A DNA stretch of 64,000 nucleotides from Schmidtea polychroa (lineage: Eukaryota), in NCBI GenBank assembly GCA_044892525.1, contig CM097886.1:114514001-114578000 (forward strand), in the 5' to 3' direction. Under the pieces are notes generated by a model. It made no database searches. It was not told the origin of the DNA and was given only the letters and a program-made list of their open reading frames with translations. The stretch's first letter is position 1; each line of letters starts with the position of its first letter. Of this stretch, positions 35,484 through 48,388 are shown one piece after another. A program made the translations under genes and the position numbers.

Positions 35484-36076
35484 TCCGTTGAAGAGACGTT
35501 CGGCTTTGTAGATGCACGCTCACGCTGTCTCTTTTTGCGTTCAGCACGTGACAGTTGCCGACGCTTAGGCTTTGAGGAGCTGCTGATGACGAGAGGCAGG
35601 GCGGAGGTAGAAACGATAGATGGAGTCGTTTTGCTGTTGCCGGTAAAGATCATGTCGGCTGGCTTGGGCGAGAGCTGAGTCTCTATGCACCCTCTGCAAG
35701 GCTTTCTAGACGGTGACGACGACTTTGACGAGGTGTCGTGGTGCCTTGGGAAGAGCTGATCGGCTTCGCCTATAGGAATTTGGACAATTTGCCGGGTGGC
35801 GGCTGCCTGGATATAGACTTTGTGCAGCGCCTCAGACTGCTCCTTGATTAGACTTCTCTGGGCACGGCTCTCAGAGATTAGAGCGTCCCGGCAATGCTCA
35901 CTACGATGGAGCTTCTTCTGGGTCTCTTTCATCTGAGCGGGACTGAACCACGTCCCCTCTAGCTCATCGATCTTTCTTTTGTATTTCCCAATCTGGGTTT
36001 GTAAGTCCTTGATGATGGCGTTTTTGTCCGAGCAAGAAAAACAAGGACGTAACGCAGGCTTGGCAGTTGGTATCAT
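35327..36076 (-). CDS. LTR-encoded ~250-aa protein (CxxC, coiled coil, basic NLS-like segment, acidic tail)
   Basis: Intact ORF; ATG at 36076 follows the acceptor tttgcctttatag. The N-terminal ~85 aa differ from copy 2 at only about 7 residues despite many third-position changes. Confidence 0.82.
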   Translation of the reverse strand: MIPTAKPALRPCFSCSDKNAIIKDLQTQIGKYKRKIDELEGTWFSPAQMKETQKKLHRSEHCRDALISESRAQRSLIKEQSEALHKVYIQAAATRQIVQIPIGEADQLFPRHHDTSSKSSSPSRKPCRGCIETQLSPKPADMIFTGNSKTTPSIVSTSALPLVISSSSKPKRRQLSRAERKKRQRERASTKPNVSSTENPTSINDSHATVDLTTGPPARVISATGVTWEENASEFFDLDELLADTEWEK

Positions 36077-38112
36077 GATAACTATAAAGGCAAATGTGAG
36101 ATGTGGAACATACAAGATTCAATTTTAAAATATGGACTCGATTAGCTGGCTATTCGCGGGTATTCACCGAACACCAAGAAAAAACTTATTTTAACATCCA
36201 AATCTGTTACTTAGATTCTTACAGCAAAATTCAACTTAAACATATATTGTCGATTTGACGAATGCGAAAAAAAAGGATGGTGAAATTTCCCATGTTGGTG
36301 AAACGATTTTAATTCGCAGCTCTCCCTTTGATTTATTCAATTAAGTAGTTACGCAAGTAAGTTCATTGGAGATTGATATTCAATTACTACCCTGGGCTCG
36401 TATTCACCATTATCCATTTCAAAATTCCTATGTCGTTATTTAAAGAATTTGTTTATTTCCATTCAAACACTCGGTGTTATCGTTTACAATTTGCAGTGAT
36501 TAGTTATTATGCGTCACGTGCAAGGATCGCACACTCTATTTACCATGAGTATGTACAGCGGCGACGATTATCCTTATCACTTAGTTCACTACGCACGATC
36601 GTCGCTTGACCCGAACGGAGATTGATAGTAGATAATCGATCCTGCGAATTCTAATATCTGTTGTTATCATTGGTTGCTCACACTACTTAGCCTGTCATGA
36701 TATGAAAATCTACCGGTCTAACATCTGCGAATCGACGGCTTACGAGATTCACTAGCCAACATACTTATCTACTAGCATTCGTCGGGGTGAGAATTCAAAT
36801 GCATACGTCCTGTGTCAGAACAGTTGTGTGTTAATTATGCAATCTCCCATTCATATTCGGTACAGATGTCACCAACCATGAGTGGATATCGTTCAACAGG
36901 AGTTTGTGCACTAGCTCGGGTGACGTAGAAAGCTTTGGATATTATCTCACTGTCCGCAAATTCACGCTCGTCTACAATGTTGGAATTAATTGCTGTAATT
37001 CGAAAATTCCTTTATGTTGTGATGCTTCAAAATAAAAGAAAATCAAATGATATCCTCGAGCCGTGTTCCCGGGAAGATATTCCGAATGCGATGCAGAATG
37101 GACACTTATTCAGATAGTAGGAATTTATTTCCTAACTGTATAAAATAAAATGTTAAAGTAACTGTAGTCTTCCGTTTTAATCCATTTTCGTATTATGTCA
37201 CTTATCTGAATGCCAAAAAACATAAATTCTCGACTCTGGCTTATTAGCGAAATTTGTTCATGAAATTTAATGCTGGAGTGTCGTAGATGAGTCTACTCTA
37301 AGTGTGGTAGTGAAGATCAAGATTCGGATTTTCAGATAAGTGGGACTTTCGAATGATGAGATGTGACGTTGTGAAATGATGAGAAGTGTAAAATTTGCAT
37401 TTTCCCCAATCACTGTGAAGCATATACATGACTCCCCAAAATTTCGGAATCTGTTACTGAAATCAATAAGATATCCTTCTATGAATTTTATGTCACCTTC
37501 AGCGATTGGACCCGTGAAGAAGCCTCCACATTTCGGCCCAATCTAGCTGCGTGATTGAAATACTCCATGTCCACCGGCTGAGCTCCCGAAGGCACCTCAC
37601 GCCATGACATGGAGTATCTCAACTCCACGTGTCTCATTAAATTTAATTCAATCAAATAATACTTTATGAAATAAAAACATCCAAATTGTTCGATAATAAT
37701 AAATTTATTATAAAATAAAAATGTACTTTAACCAAATAAATCGTTTACCTTATTAAATCATTTATGGGACCAAACGAAGAGAAAATTAAAACTAATTTAA
37801 GAAAACTTTTAATCATTCATTAAATAGGTGCAATTACCATTAACTTCAAAGAGATGTAAAAAAATCATAATAAATAGAATCCTGCTTACGCTTGAGTTAG
37901 GCTGAATCGCAATAATGCTCGTGGTCAAAATGAATCGGCTGTCTCTGGTTCTTTAAATCCTTCTGGTTATATCTCAGTTACTAGTTGAATTGAATTATCG
38001 AGTCGCTCGTGAGTTTAGGTTCGCTAATATTTCTGATGCTGGAATTAGTCCTGGTAAGCCGTAGTCGTTTTCCTATGAAAATTTTGATTAAACAGTAGTT
38101 GGTAGAATTGGC

Positions 38113-38199
38113 ACTTACCTATGAAAATTTTGATTAAACAGTAATTTTAATGATTTTGGTGCCCGTTTATATAGTAAGTTCTTATTTGTGCGGACCAAT
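38113..38199 (-). promoter_or_regulatory. LTR promoter (inverted CCAAT, TATA) and first splice donor
   Basis: ATTGG at 38199-38195, TATATAAA at 38173-38166 and AG|GTAAGT at 38118, with the same order and similar spacing as in copy 2. Confidence 0.7.
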
Positions 38200-38519
38200 C
38201 AAAATTGAGTACCGCTTATTTTATTAAATTAATTTGCTTTTTTCCTATTTCTTTGGATATTTTACTTATTTTTCTATTTTTATTATATCTTTTATTTATT
38301 TCTTAAATTCCTTAATATTTATTGCATTTTACACTATTTCTCGTCATTCAATTGTCTTATTTAATTTTTTCTTATATTTTTTGTTTTAATTCTTATTTCC
38401 TAATTATTGTTTTTCTTATATCTTATTCTATTTTATTCTTATTTTGGTTTATTTTATTTTTATTTTTATTTAGTTATCCCTAACCTAATTTCCGAGGTGT
38501 TTTCCGATTCAGCCCAACA

Positions 38520-39320
38520 CCAAGTACTAACTCTCAAACAACTAGATACTAACAACCATCTAAGTAAATTTCATTGTATTTTATCAAATGCTTTTTAAAT
38601 TAATTAATTTTTATTTCTGTTAGAATTTAAAAATATTTTGAATTAGAATCAATAATGAATAATTGTCAACCACTTTTAAACACCACGTGGAATTGAAGAA
38701 AATTCAAATTACAATGAAAGACTATAGAATTCTAATTCTAATTCATAAAAACATCCTTCTTTTAATTGATTACTACTGACTCACTATTGCAAAGTAAAAA
38801 TTGCATTCAATAAATAGTTATTGTTAATTCGTTTTATTATATAGTTTATCCGACAGGATGTTTTGACCTTCTATGTGTACTGGTCGTAAGAGTATTGGTC
38901 GTAAGGGTATTTGTTACGCTCAACTCCCACCTACCCATTAACTAGCTAGCTACCATGTACTAACAATCAACAGCAAATCCCATCGAGAAATTAACAAATA
39001 TCAACCTATAACTATATAACAACAATCAGTTAACAACATCGTACCAACTTCCAAGTACAAGATACCAACAACTTGTATCATCAACCAGTAACTTACGAAC
39101 ACGTATTTACAACTAGATACCAAGTACTTATAACTAGATACTAAGTACCAACAATCAACTAAAAACACATAAAAATAATAGCAATTAAATACAAAATATT
39201 CTTCATCACCTACATTTTCTTCTTGTCATTATCTACATCTAAACTCTATCAACCAGATACCAAATATTAACAACTAAGTACTTACTAAATACCAATAACT
39301 ATGTACTAACAAATAGATAA
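38520..39320. repeat. Degenerate short-period repeat (ACTAGATACCAAGTACT-like), the insertion target of copy 1
   Basis: The motif recurs (e.g. ~39112-39150) and also occurs left of 3839. Removing the element rebuilds CTAGATA-CCAA-GTACT. Confidence 0.7.
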
Positions 39321-40596
39321 TAAATAAATCCTCTTCACTTGAAGAAATTGGATGAAAAATTAATAAAATTTCGATTGAACTCGAAATTTTCCAATAACTA
39401 GGTAAAAATTGAATAAATCATTGAAAAAATTTAAATTATTCAAAATAAATATCCTAAAATGTAATTAATGGACAAGAAAGAACTTTAAATTCTAGTCATT
39501 AATAATCCAGTAAATAAAATATACTGATCATTCAAGTTAATATGAATCAACTAAAATAATAAATTAATAAGAATTTTGTAATAAGATTTAGTAAATAAAT
39601 GGTTTAGATTGAATAAATTAATTGAATAAATTAATTTTAATTATTTTTTTGAAAAGTAATACATGTATACTCAAATTGATTGACAGATTGCTCAAAATAT
39701 TCAAAAAAATCAGTATAAATTCATCAAAGTCATCAATCTACACTAAAGATAATTATCATTAAATTCCAAAAGAGACTGATATAAGCCCACTAATGATAAC
39801 ATTTAATAAACCAGTAAATTCATTTAAATGGCAATATTCTACCATTTGTTATATCCAAGCGAATTCTCAAATAAAATCATCTAAAAAGCATCTATATTTC
39901 ACCCATCAAATACCTAACTAGAGATGATATATATTGATTGATCATAATTCTTCAGCGATTCAGCCAATAATTTTCAAGCAATTATAGCAAACTAAATAAC
40001 AAATTTCAGTATATCCTACAATAATTTTCAAGTAGATTTCAAATAAATATATCATCATGATAAAATTAGTTGGTTTCAACCTTAGATTTTAATTATTTAA
40101 AAGTTCATCAATGTGTAAATGGAAATATTCTTAGAAAATTATTGAAAAAATTATTTAGCCAAATTCAATATCATTACAAAGTCATCATCATCGAAATTTA
40201 TTCTATCAATGATAATTGTAAAAAAACTCAAATTATTAACCTGTCATTAAAAATAAATTTTTATTTAAAATTAAAAAATGTTCAATAAAAATACAGCAAA
40301 TTTCAAGAAATTAATTAAATTTACCTTAGAATTAACATTAAAACTTTAAATTTTTAAATATTCTTTCAATCAACATGAAATTCATAAAAATTTAAAAAGT
40401 TACTTGGTTGGTACTTGGTTAAATGTTTTCATTGAGGCGTCAATAGGCGTATGATTTCCCGCCTGGTTGGTTAGTTTTGATAGATCACTAGTTCTTGCTT
40501 TGATATCTAAATATGAGAAATGTAATGGTTTATCGTCTGATCTAATTCTCTATCTTTGACTTGTAGGTTAATGTCATTTCATTTTGTTTATAGATA

Positions 40597-41160
40597 ATGT
40601 CTAACAACCCTTCAACTTCGGTGGCACTCAAGTCATGCTACTCGTGCGCCGAAAAGAACGCGATAATCAAAATTTTACCAACTCAAATTGATCTGTTAAA
40701 AAAGAAGATAGATCACATTGAAGGAACGTAGTTCGCGCATCGGAAATGATGGAAGTGAGAAAGAAATGAGCTAAAGTGGAACATTGTCACGATATTCTTA
40801 TATAAGAGAGCAGGTCGCAGCGGTTGCTCATCAGAGAACAGTTGAAGGCACTGCATAAAGTCTACGTGCAAGAAACCCTCACTAAGAAAATCGTGAACGT
40901 GCCTATCACTGCATCAATATCCTCACGCAACCAACTCGTGCCAAACGCAAAAGAAATGCAAGATCTTGCAAGTAAAACGAGAAGCGAAGTTAATCGCTGA
41001 AAAAGTGCAAGCCATTCTACAGGCCTAGACTGTGAATCCGATTACTCCGGCTAAACAATTTCGTGTTATACCACCCTCAAGTACTTCTTGGGAAGAAGAT
41101 GCAGCCGATTTTTTCGACATCGAAGCATTTTTTGTCGAAACAACATCATCCACCTTGTAA
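40597..41160 (+). pseudogene. Decayed, distant homologue of the LTR-encoded ORF
   Basis: Manual translation gives LKSCYSCAEKNAII...KKKIDHIEGT*F...EHCHD.LI*ESRSQRLLIREQLKALHKVYVQ...SWEEDAADFFDI. It has several stops, and the acceptor ttttgtttatag precedes the ATG. Confidence 0.8.
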
Positions 41161-44100
41161 CTGATGAACTATTAAATCATAAGGTCGAGTGTCTGAATGG
41201 TGCGAGGCTTTTCATCTAAATGTTTTTTTTCTTTTTGTAAGTATTTGACTCTGTTCTTTAGCTACAGTCTGTCATGCATGTATATCGGTAAAAATAAAAA
41301 TTAATGATTCTTTTCGATGATTTTGTTGTTAATTCTTTAAGTAATGTATTTTTCAATGACAAGAAAGATAGAGATTTTCAGGCTAGAGATTTTCACGAAG
41401 TACGATGAGACGTGGGACCTTCTATTGGCCGTCAGAAAGAGATCAACCATAGAAAAGTGAAGGAGTAGTCCTAAAGCAGGCAAATCGTTATTTGATTTGG
41501 AGTAATTGACCTTCATCTCCTGGTAGAATGGAAATGTGTGTTGACCTAGTCGGCACCCCAAAAATATTATCATTTAAATTTTCATTGTCATTATGATTAT
41601 TATTACTATTATTAATACTAATATTATTAGCATCATTACTATTATTATTATTATTATTATTATAAAAACTTTTTTTCCCATTTTCATCGCTACTTTCTTT
41701 CCATTTTATTTCTTAAAAAGAGCTTGAAGACTATAAATCAGTAATATATAAATGTTTTTGATATTCAAGGATGTTCGGAACTGCATTTTTAAGTGAATTT
41801 TGAAATGGTACTATTTTGATTTTTATATCCTAATGATATTATAAAATTATATTTTATCTATTTTTCTATATTATTTTTAATTATTATTTTTAATTTTTAA
41901 TTTAAATTTTTTAGAAGCTATTCTCAAGGTCAAAAACAACAAATCAAATTGATAATTTCATTGATCTCTTCTTTAATGTTGATTGTTTTCCATCTGTTTA
42001 TGATGAGAATTGATTCCTTAAATCTGACATTTTTTTTGGTTGTTTCCATTGACTAAGATTTTGATTGAAATATTTTTTCTTTTTTTCCTTAGTTGACATT
42101 GTTGGAGATGTCTGTATATCGAGGATTTTCCACCAGGATCTGGATGTTCATTAACTCTTTGGTGCAAGGTCCTGAGGATAAACTTAAAAAGCTAAATTTC
42201 TTTGTAGTTTTAAGGGTCGCTCTAATAAGATCAACCACTATCCCACATGTAGACAGGTTGAGTGTTGCCCAGCGGTATGATTATGGGAGCTCTTCAAGCC
42301 ATATCACACTTTGGTCTGACAGATGGATCTTCAATTGGAGCTCATTAATGGTCAATAGGTTTGTAGTTTTCGGAATCCGGATGAGCTTGTTACCTGAAAC
42401 CCAAGCAGTGTAGCAAGACGATCCGTCGGGGGTATAAGTGGGATGGCCCTTGCGGGTCGAACCAGCGATAAAAACCTCGCGAAAACTCATCCAAAATCAC
42501 GATTCACGAGTGTGAAAGGCGTTTTGTGATGTAGGTTAGCAGAAAAAAAACAATTGTATAATATAAGGTTAAAGTCTCTCTCGGTGATAAGCAGGTAGGT
42601 AGGAATAGGATTTGGGCAATGCCTGGATTTATTATCAACCGGGTGCAGTAAATCACTATACAATGACCTTCTGAGATTCGTACATCTCATTTTTTCTGAA
42701 TTGAGATCTTAGAATCGATAGGGACCTTTAAGATATGATCAGTAGTGGAAATAAGCTAGTTGAAACAATCTCGATTTTTACGTGTAGAACCATGCAATGA
42801 TAGACGTTACTACGACCTAAAATTGTAAGTCTGTACTACACTGAGGCTAATAAATAGGAAATCCAGCTCAACGGAAAATAAAAATTTGGCAACACCATTT
42901 CCCGAACAACCGAGAACCCATATAATAATGAAGATCAACAAAAACCGTGGAATGTTTTTCCACAATAGGACAACGAATGATGAGTATTCCCTCCAAAATT
43001 TAATAATCAACTATTCGCGAAACAGCTGTTAGTGTAAATATTTTACATTTCTCTATTTTCACTTTAAAACAATTTAAGTTTTGTTTCCTGTTTACAATTT
43101 TTATCTTGTTTTTATTCATGTTATAATCACTCTGTAATCGATGTTTTGTTGAATATTTTTTTGCATAATCTGTTGTTCAATTACGCTGTATGAACAAGAG
43201 ATTTTCTCAGTCTTTGCAAAAATTACAAAAGCAAACAAATTTGTTATAAAGTAGCAGCGAAAAATATATTTGTCATCACAAAATTTTCAAAATACACAAC
43301 GAATGATAACGTAACACGATTGTATAGAGCTCCTAGCATTATATAAACGAGAGTCAGATAAATTTTAAACTAATTTACCATCAAAAATTGCATCGAATAT
43401 CAAAACACACATTATTTAAATTACACCTAATTCCAAAAGTTAAGTCTCTATAATACACGTTGGTGTGTTCATCAGTGAATGACTCGCCATTTATGAGAAT
43501 GTGAAGTTATTTACTTCATTTCATTTATTCAATTTTACAAGTAAGTTTTTTTAATTTAAGTAACTTTTAAGGTTTGAATTTTGATTTTATAAAATTATGG
43601 ATCATTATTCAAGCTCTTAAATGTTACTTGTAGTCAACATTTTGATTATAAATTATTTTTAATTAATTTTCAGGATTTTTATGATTATGAATTTATTTGG
43701 AATTATTTCGATAAAATGTAAGTTAGATTAATATTTTTAACTATAAATAAATAAATAAATCACCAAACACATTTATATTTTAAAGACATTTAAGAAAGAA
43801 GAGGAGTAGTTTTTTAAGTTTTTGTAATCTTCTTTCTCCAGCTCATTTATATGGCGAATTTTGTCATTTTATGTAATTCTATGAAATTATTATTTTTTTA
43901 TACAAGTTATTAAAATTTAGGATTTTCGAATTTTTTTCTGCAAATGTCGATGGACCTTGCTGAATATTAGAAATGCTACCTTCACACAAAGTCGTTTGAC
44001 AAGAAATATCTGATATACTTTAAAATATTTTAATTATTTTTAATTAAATGAAAAAATTCTTACATTCTCACCTTCGCAAAAAGCTAGCGTTTCCAGAGAA

Positions 44101-44599
44101 ATATCTAAAAATCTAAAGAAATAATAACTTCAAAAAAATTTATAAATAGATTTTACGATATTTTGTCGTCCTTTTATCGAAAACTCAAAGTTGAGTTGTC
44201 CGATTGAAAATCCAAAATCTTTTCTTCCATGAATTTTAATATATTAAAAATATGTTAACTTTCAGAATAAAAAAAACTTTAATAAATTTTCGTGCATTTT
44301 ACACTGTGTGCTGTGTTTGTATGTAAAATTATTTTTCTGTCACTTTGTCCTATAATAAAACTTTTACACCAAAGCGCATTTGATTATCATAAATGAGACA
44401 TTCATTTAGCTATGTCAAATAAGCTTTGTTTTGGATTTTAGTTAATTTTAAGATTTTTTGTTAAAATATTGAATAAAGAAGTAAGATATTTATTTATTTA
44501 CTATAATATACATTAAATTTTTCATAGTTCACCTAAAATATCAAGTATTTAGGAAAGAATCTTTAATATGATTATTATGATTTTTGAAATTATTATGAT

Positions 44600-44990
44600 C
44601 TGGTTTTCGAAGTTCCTCGTTAACTGCTTAGAATATTGCAGTAAATCATTCATTGAAGGTAAATCTGTCTGGTAAATTCATCAGCCGAAGAAACTTTAGT
44701 CCTTTCCCCATTTTTAATTTTGCTCAACACTTTCGATGGGGTTCAAAAATGGATTATATGGCAATTTTTCTATTTGAATAGTCAATGAATATATATTATT
44801 GTAAATGGATTAGCTCATCTTTGTATATTGAGACCTCGATTTGTTGGTATATTGTTATAAATTCTATTGTCTACTCGTGATCTACCGAATCTCTTGTTCG
44901 TCCATGTATTGAAGAGCATTCATCAATGAATTTCTTGAAATGCAATAGTCGATTCTGATGAAGTTTATGACATTCTCGTATAATTTTTTA
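44600..44990 (-). pseudogene. Tc1/IS630-like transposase remnant
   Basis: IEKLPYNPFLNPIE at ~44732-44770 resembles LPxYSPxLNPIE. The flanks are decayed. Confidence 0.45.
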
Positions 44991-45545
44991 TAATTAATTA
45001 ATTTTAAATTGAAAATTTTTAGCTAATTGGATGTCCGCATGATAAATCAATGTCCTACAGTGTGTATTTTTTATTATAGAAATTTTGTGAACCGTGTCTG
45101 TATGTATTTATTTTTCTTCCAACAGCGATTTTTTCTATCTTTCTTTCTATCTTTTTTTTCTGGCTATGACACACACACACATATTTATTATAGGTAAGTT
45201 AATATTTATATTATTAAATATGCAAATCAATGGCCATTTGATGATAATCAATTGTCGGTTGGTGTAACTTTCGGAACCTTAACTTTTAGCACACAGGTAA
45301 GTTTGTGTTCCTATATTATAATTTTATCGATTTTTTTAGATTATAGAAACTTTTAACTTTCGGATTTAGGTGTAAATTAGTTCCTTAACTATTTTGTTTA
45401 AATTAAAAGTATAAAAGTCATATTTTCCAACAATTTTTACTGACAGCTAATTATTATGCGAATTGTCAACGGAAATGTAAAGAATGACATAAAAATCAAA
45501 AATTGAGAAAAAATACAATAAGTCATCGGGAAATCGATAAACCAA

Positions 45546-46961
45546 CTAACAACTGACTTTACACCTAAATCTCAGCTTATCATTTACAAGGATGACCCCC
45601 AAAAACGTGAAGCACCAAATTTCCGAATTCCTCTCGGTGGTCGGCCTAACCCAAGCCGCGCTGTTGGGACAGAAATCGTATTTGATCGTCCGGCTAGTAC
45701 ATATGTGCCCATTGGGTTGATCGATTGCCCCAATTATCACACTGGATTTGAACGGCCAGCTCAATTGGCTGTCATGCTCTCCACGCAGTAAATGGAAATA
45801 AACATTTACCGAGTTGCCACAAAACTTCACACTCAAACACATTTTATACCCGAATTTGTGGGAATAAAACGGCCGACTGTATATCCATGAATTTATTGGT
45901 TGCTGACTTAGTTTATCAATTTTCCAATCAAATTCTCCCAAATTTGTCTCATTCCCGAATTCCGATTCGTCATCGATATCCAAATGTGTTATTGGAGCTG
46001 CATTGCATAAATTATCGATCTGAAAATGATCACACATCCAATATCGATTACTATTCGATCACTAATCAATTTTACCTCGTTGACTCTGATCGGGCAACCT
46101 TGTGTTGAATCACCGATTTTAGTAATTGAATGGGATGATTTATTGATCAATTCCTTAATCTGTACAGAAGCATTTAGATATGTAAATATTTGACTAAAAA
46201 AATTACATCAACTATTGATTGGGAAATTTTTTCAATTTCAATTTTCAATGATAAATTTTCATTTGTTAATGAGTCTATTTTCTGATTTAATTTTTCTATT
46301 TCCGATTTATTTACTGTTTCATTTCTGCTTGTTTCATTCATTCTCATCTGTTTTAATAGTAAATTATAGTAAATGTTGAAAAATAACTAATTACACAAGA
46401 AAATCGATTCTCTGTTTCCAATCCAATCATTTTATTCTTCGTCGATTCTATTTCGTTGCGTAAATTATTGATAAAATCTAATAACAGTTTATTGTGCTGA
46501 TAGCTATCCACATAAAGATGGTCATTAATTTCATTGCTTAACACTTCAAATTTATTACATCCGAATTCAAAATATGGACAACTGATGGGATTTTTATTAC
46601 AAGTTCTAATGTGGCTTTCTATTGCACTCAATTCATCTTGGAAATCACAGTTTCTTCTTGGACATTTTACAATTATTTCTGTTATCCTTACATTTACGGC
46701 ATGGTCGACAATGATATCCTTTTCGAAATTTATCAATTTAACTTGGCAATATTTTGATTTTACGGGACAAAATTTGCTTTCACCTCCCAAATAAGATTGA
46801 ATGCATTCTGAACAATACCTACATCCACATTGCGCTTGACTCGCTTTTATCATTATTTTTTTACAAATATTGCATAATAAATCATTGGCAATTTCAGATT
46901 TAAAAACAAATTCGATTTCTTTCATTATTTTCCAAATATCTTCAAAAATTTCATTGGTCAT
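45546..46961 (-). CDS. Host TRAF-family gene, 4 exons, intact (~421 aa)
   Basis: Exons 46961-46395, 46347-46207, 46159-46076 and 46019-45546, with phase-0 GT-AG introns of 47, 47 and 56 nt. RING (CNIC...QAQCGCRYCSEC), zinc finger, coiled coil and MATH (SRPFYSHKFGYKMCL...GEHD..LSWPF). Confidence 0.9.
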
Positions 46962-47619
46962 TTATAATTAAAAATATAACTATTTCTGAGCTATAATATT
47001 TATCATAAAAACCATATTTAATACAAAATAAAAATAATTTATCAATGAATAATAATGAAACATTACTTTATAAAAAACTTCAAAGGAATATTTAAAATTT
47101 AGATAATTCATTAAAACATGTCAAATAAATTTGTTAATTGCGATAAATACAATTATTTATAAATAAAGATCTTGGAAAATTTTGATTTAAACAAAAATAG
47201 ATAATTTATATTAAAATTTTTGAAAATATGATAGCTGATTTAACAAAGAGTATGACGGTGCAAAAATTTATATAAATTCGTTTCACTTGTATTAGGATTC
47301 CCATCCGTTACAACATTAACATCTTGTTCCAAATCACTAAATAATTCCATAAATTTTATTCAATAAATTTTAGACTCAAAAACTTGTCTTTCTTATTTAT
47401 GTTATTTAAACAAATTTTCATTTTCCTTTTAAAATATATTTCGATAAAAATATTTTTTTAAGAATGCTAAATTTCAGTCTTCTTTTTAAATTTAACAAAA
47501 TTTCAAATTAAATCTTTAAGAATCTATCAACTATTTTATATCCTCTCATTAAGAAATTTTTTAGGTTTTTCCACGTTTTTTAAAATCTTTTTACCATTTT
47601 AGTTAATTAAGATATATCG

Positions 47620-47969
47620 TCTGCCATGCAATTTCTGGATTATATGGTCCCTCATTACTGTCCTGGCTTTTTTTGCGTGTTTCTAATTTTACTAACACCT
47701 TTTCTCCTATATTGAATTTCCTCTTCTTGTTCTTTCTTTACCAGTTTTTCCTTTGACCCGTACCATTTTTCCCTGCAAATCTTTTTTCCAAATATTATCT
47801 CTGTAGGCTTTTTCTTGTCGTTTTTTGTTTGGTTACATTTAATGTAAATTTAACTTCTGGTAGTATCTCTGCCCAAAATTTCTTTCATCTGTCTCATAAA
47901 GTAGCATTGATCAGCTCTCGTTTTGTCCTGAATTGCCTTTCTATCTGTCCATTTGTTAGGTGATGGTAT
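47620..47969 (-). pseudogene. Older, unrelated Gypsy integrase remnant interrupted by copy 2
   Basis: Manual translation YHHLTNGQIERQFRT...WAEILPEVKFTLN...KTTRKS matches the integrase YHPxxNGxxER region. It is cut exactly at the LTR start. Confidence 0.7.
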
Positions 47970-48300
47970 TGTTGGGCTGAATCGAAGGGTAGCTGGGAAA
48001 TTAGGTCGAATTTAACTAAAGTAAAAATAAGAAATAAAATAAATAGATTGACGAATAAAATAGAATAGAACATAAGAAAAACAATAATTAGAAATAAGAA
48101 TTAAAACAAAAAAATATATAAAAATAAGAAAAATTAAAATAGGACAATAGAATGACAGAAAATAACGCAAAATATAATAAATAATAAGGAAATTAAGGAA
48201 AATAAATAAAAACATAATTTTAATAAAGAAAATAAGAAGAAATAACTCTAAAACAAGGAAAATAAATTAAATTAATAAAATTAAGCGGTACTCAATTCTG

Positions 48301-48388
48301 ATTGGTCCGCGCAAACAAAAAATTAATATATAAGCAGGCATTAAAATCATAATAATTACAGTTAATCTAACCACCTCAATAGGTAAGT
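48301..48388 (+). promoter_or_regulatory. LTR promoter and splice donor
   Basis: ATTGG at 48301-48305, TATATAA at 48327-48333 and AG|GTAAGT at 48383. Confidence 0.7.

Larger units (their letters stand above)
3839..38519 (-). mobile_element. Giant Ty3/Gypsy LTR retroelement, copy 1 (pol-deleted, with nested non-LTR insertions)
   Basis: Near-identical direct repeats at 3839-9785 and 34562-37857. Termini are TG...CA. CCAA flanks both ends (3835-3838 and 38520-38523). A PBS follows only the right-hand LTR. Gag-CCHC and env ORFs are internal. Confidence 0.92.
34562..38519 (-). repeat. 5' LTR of copy 1 (~3.96 kb)
   Basis: Starts TGTTGGGCTGAATCG (as in copy 2), ends CAGCA, and is followed by the PBS. 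Confidence 0.92.

Noticed and set aside
42050-43020. GC-richer island with short ORFs on both strands
   Set aside because: No recognisable motif in any frame; probably a decayed repeat and left unassigned.
43300-44300. TATA-like box and several GTAAG donors suggesting a small gene
   Set aside because: I could not assemble a consistent open spliced frame.
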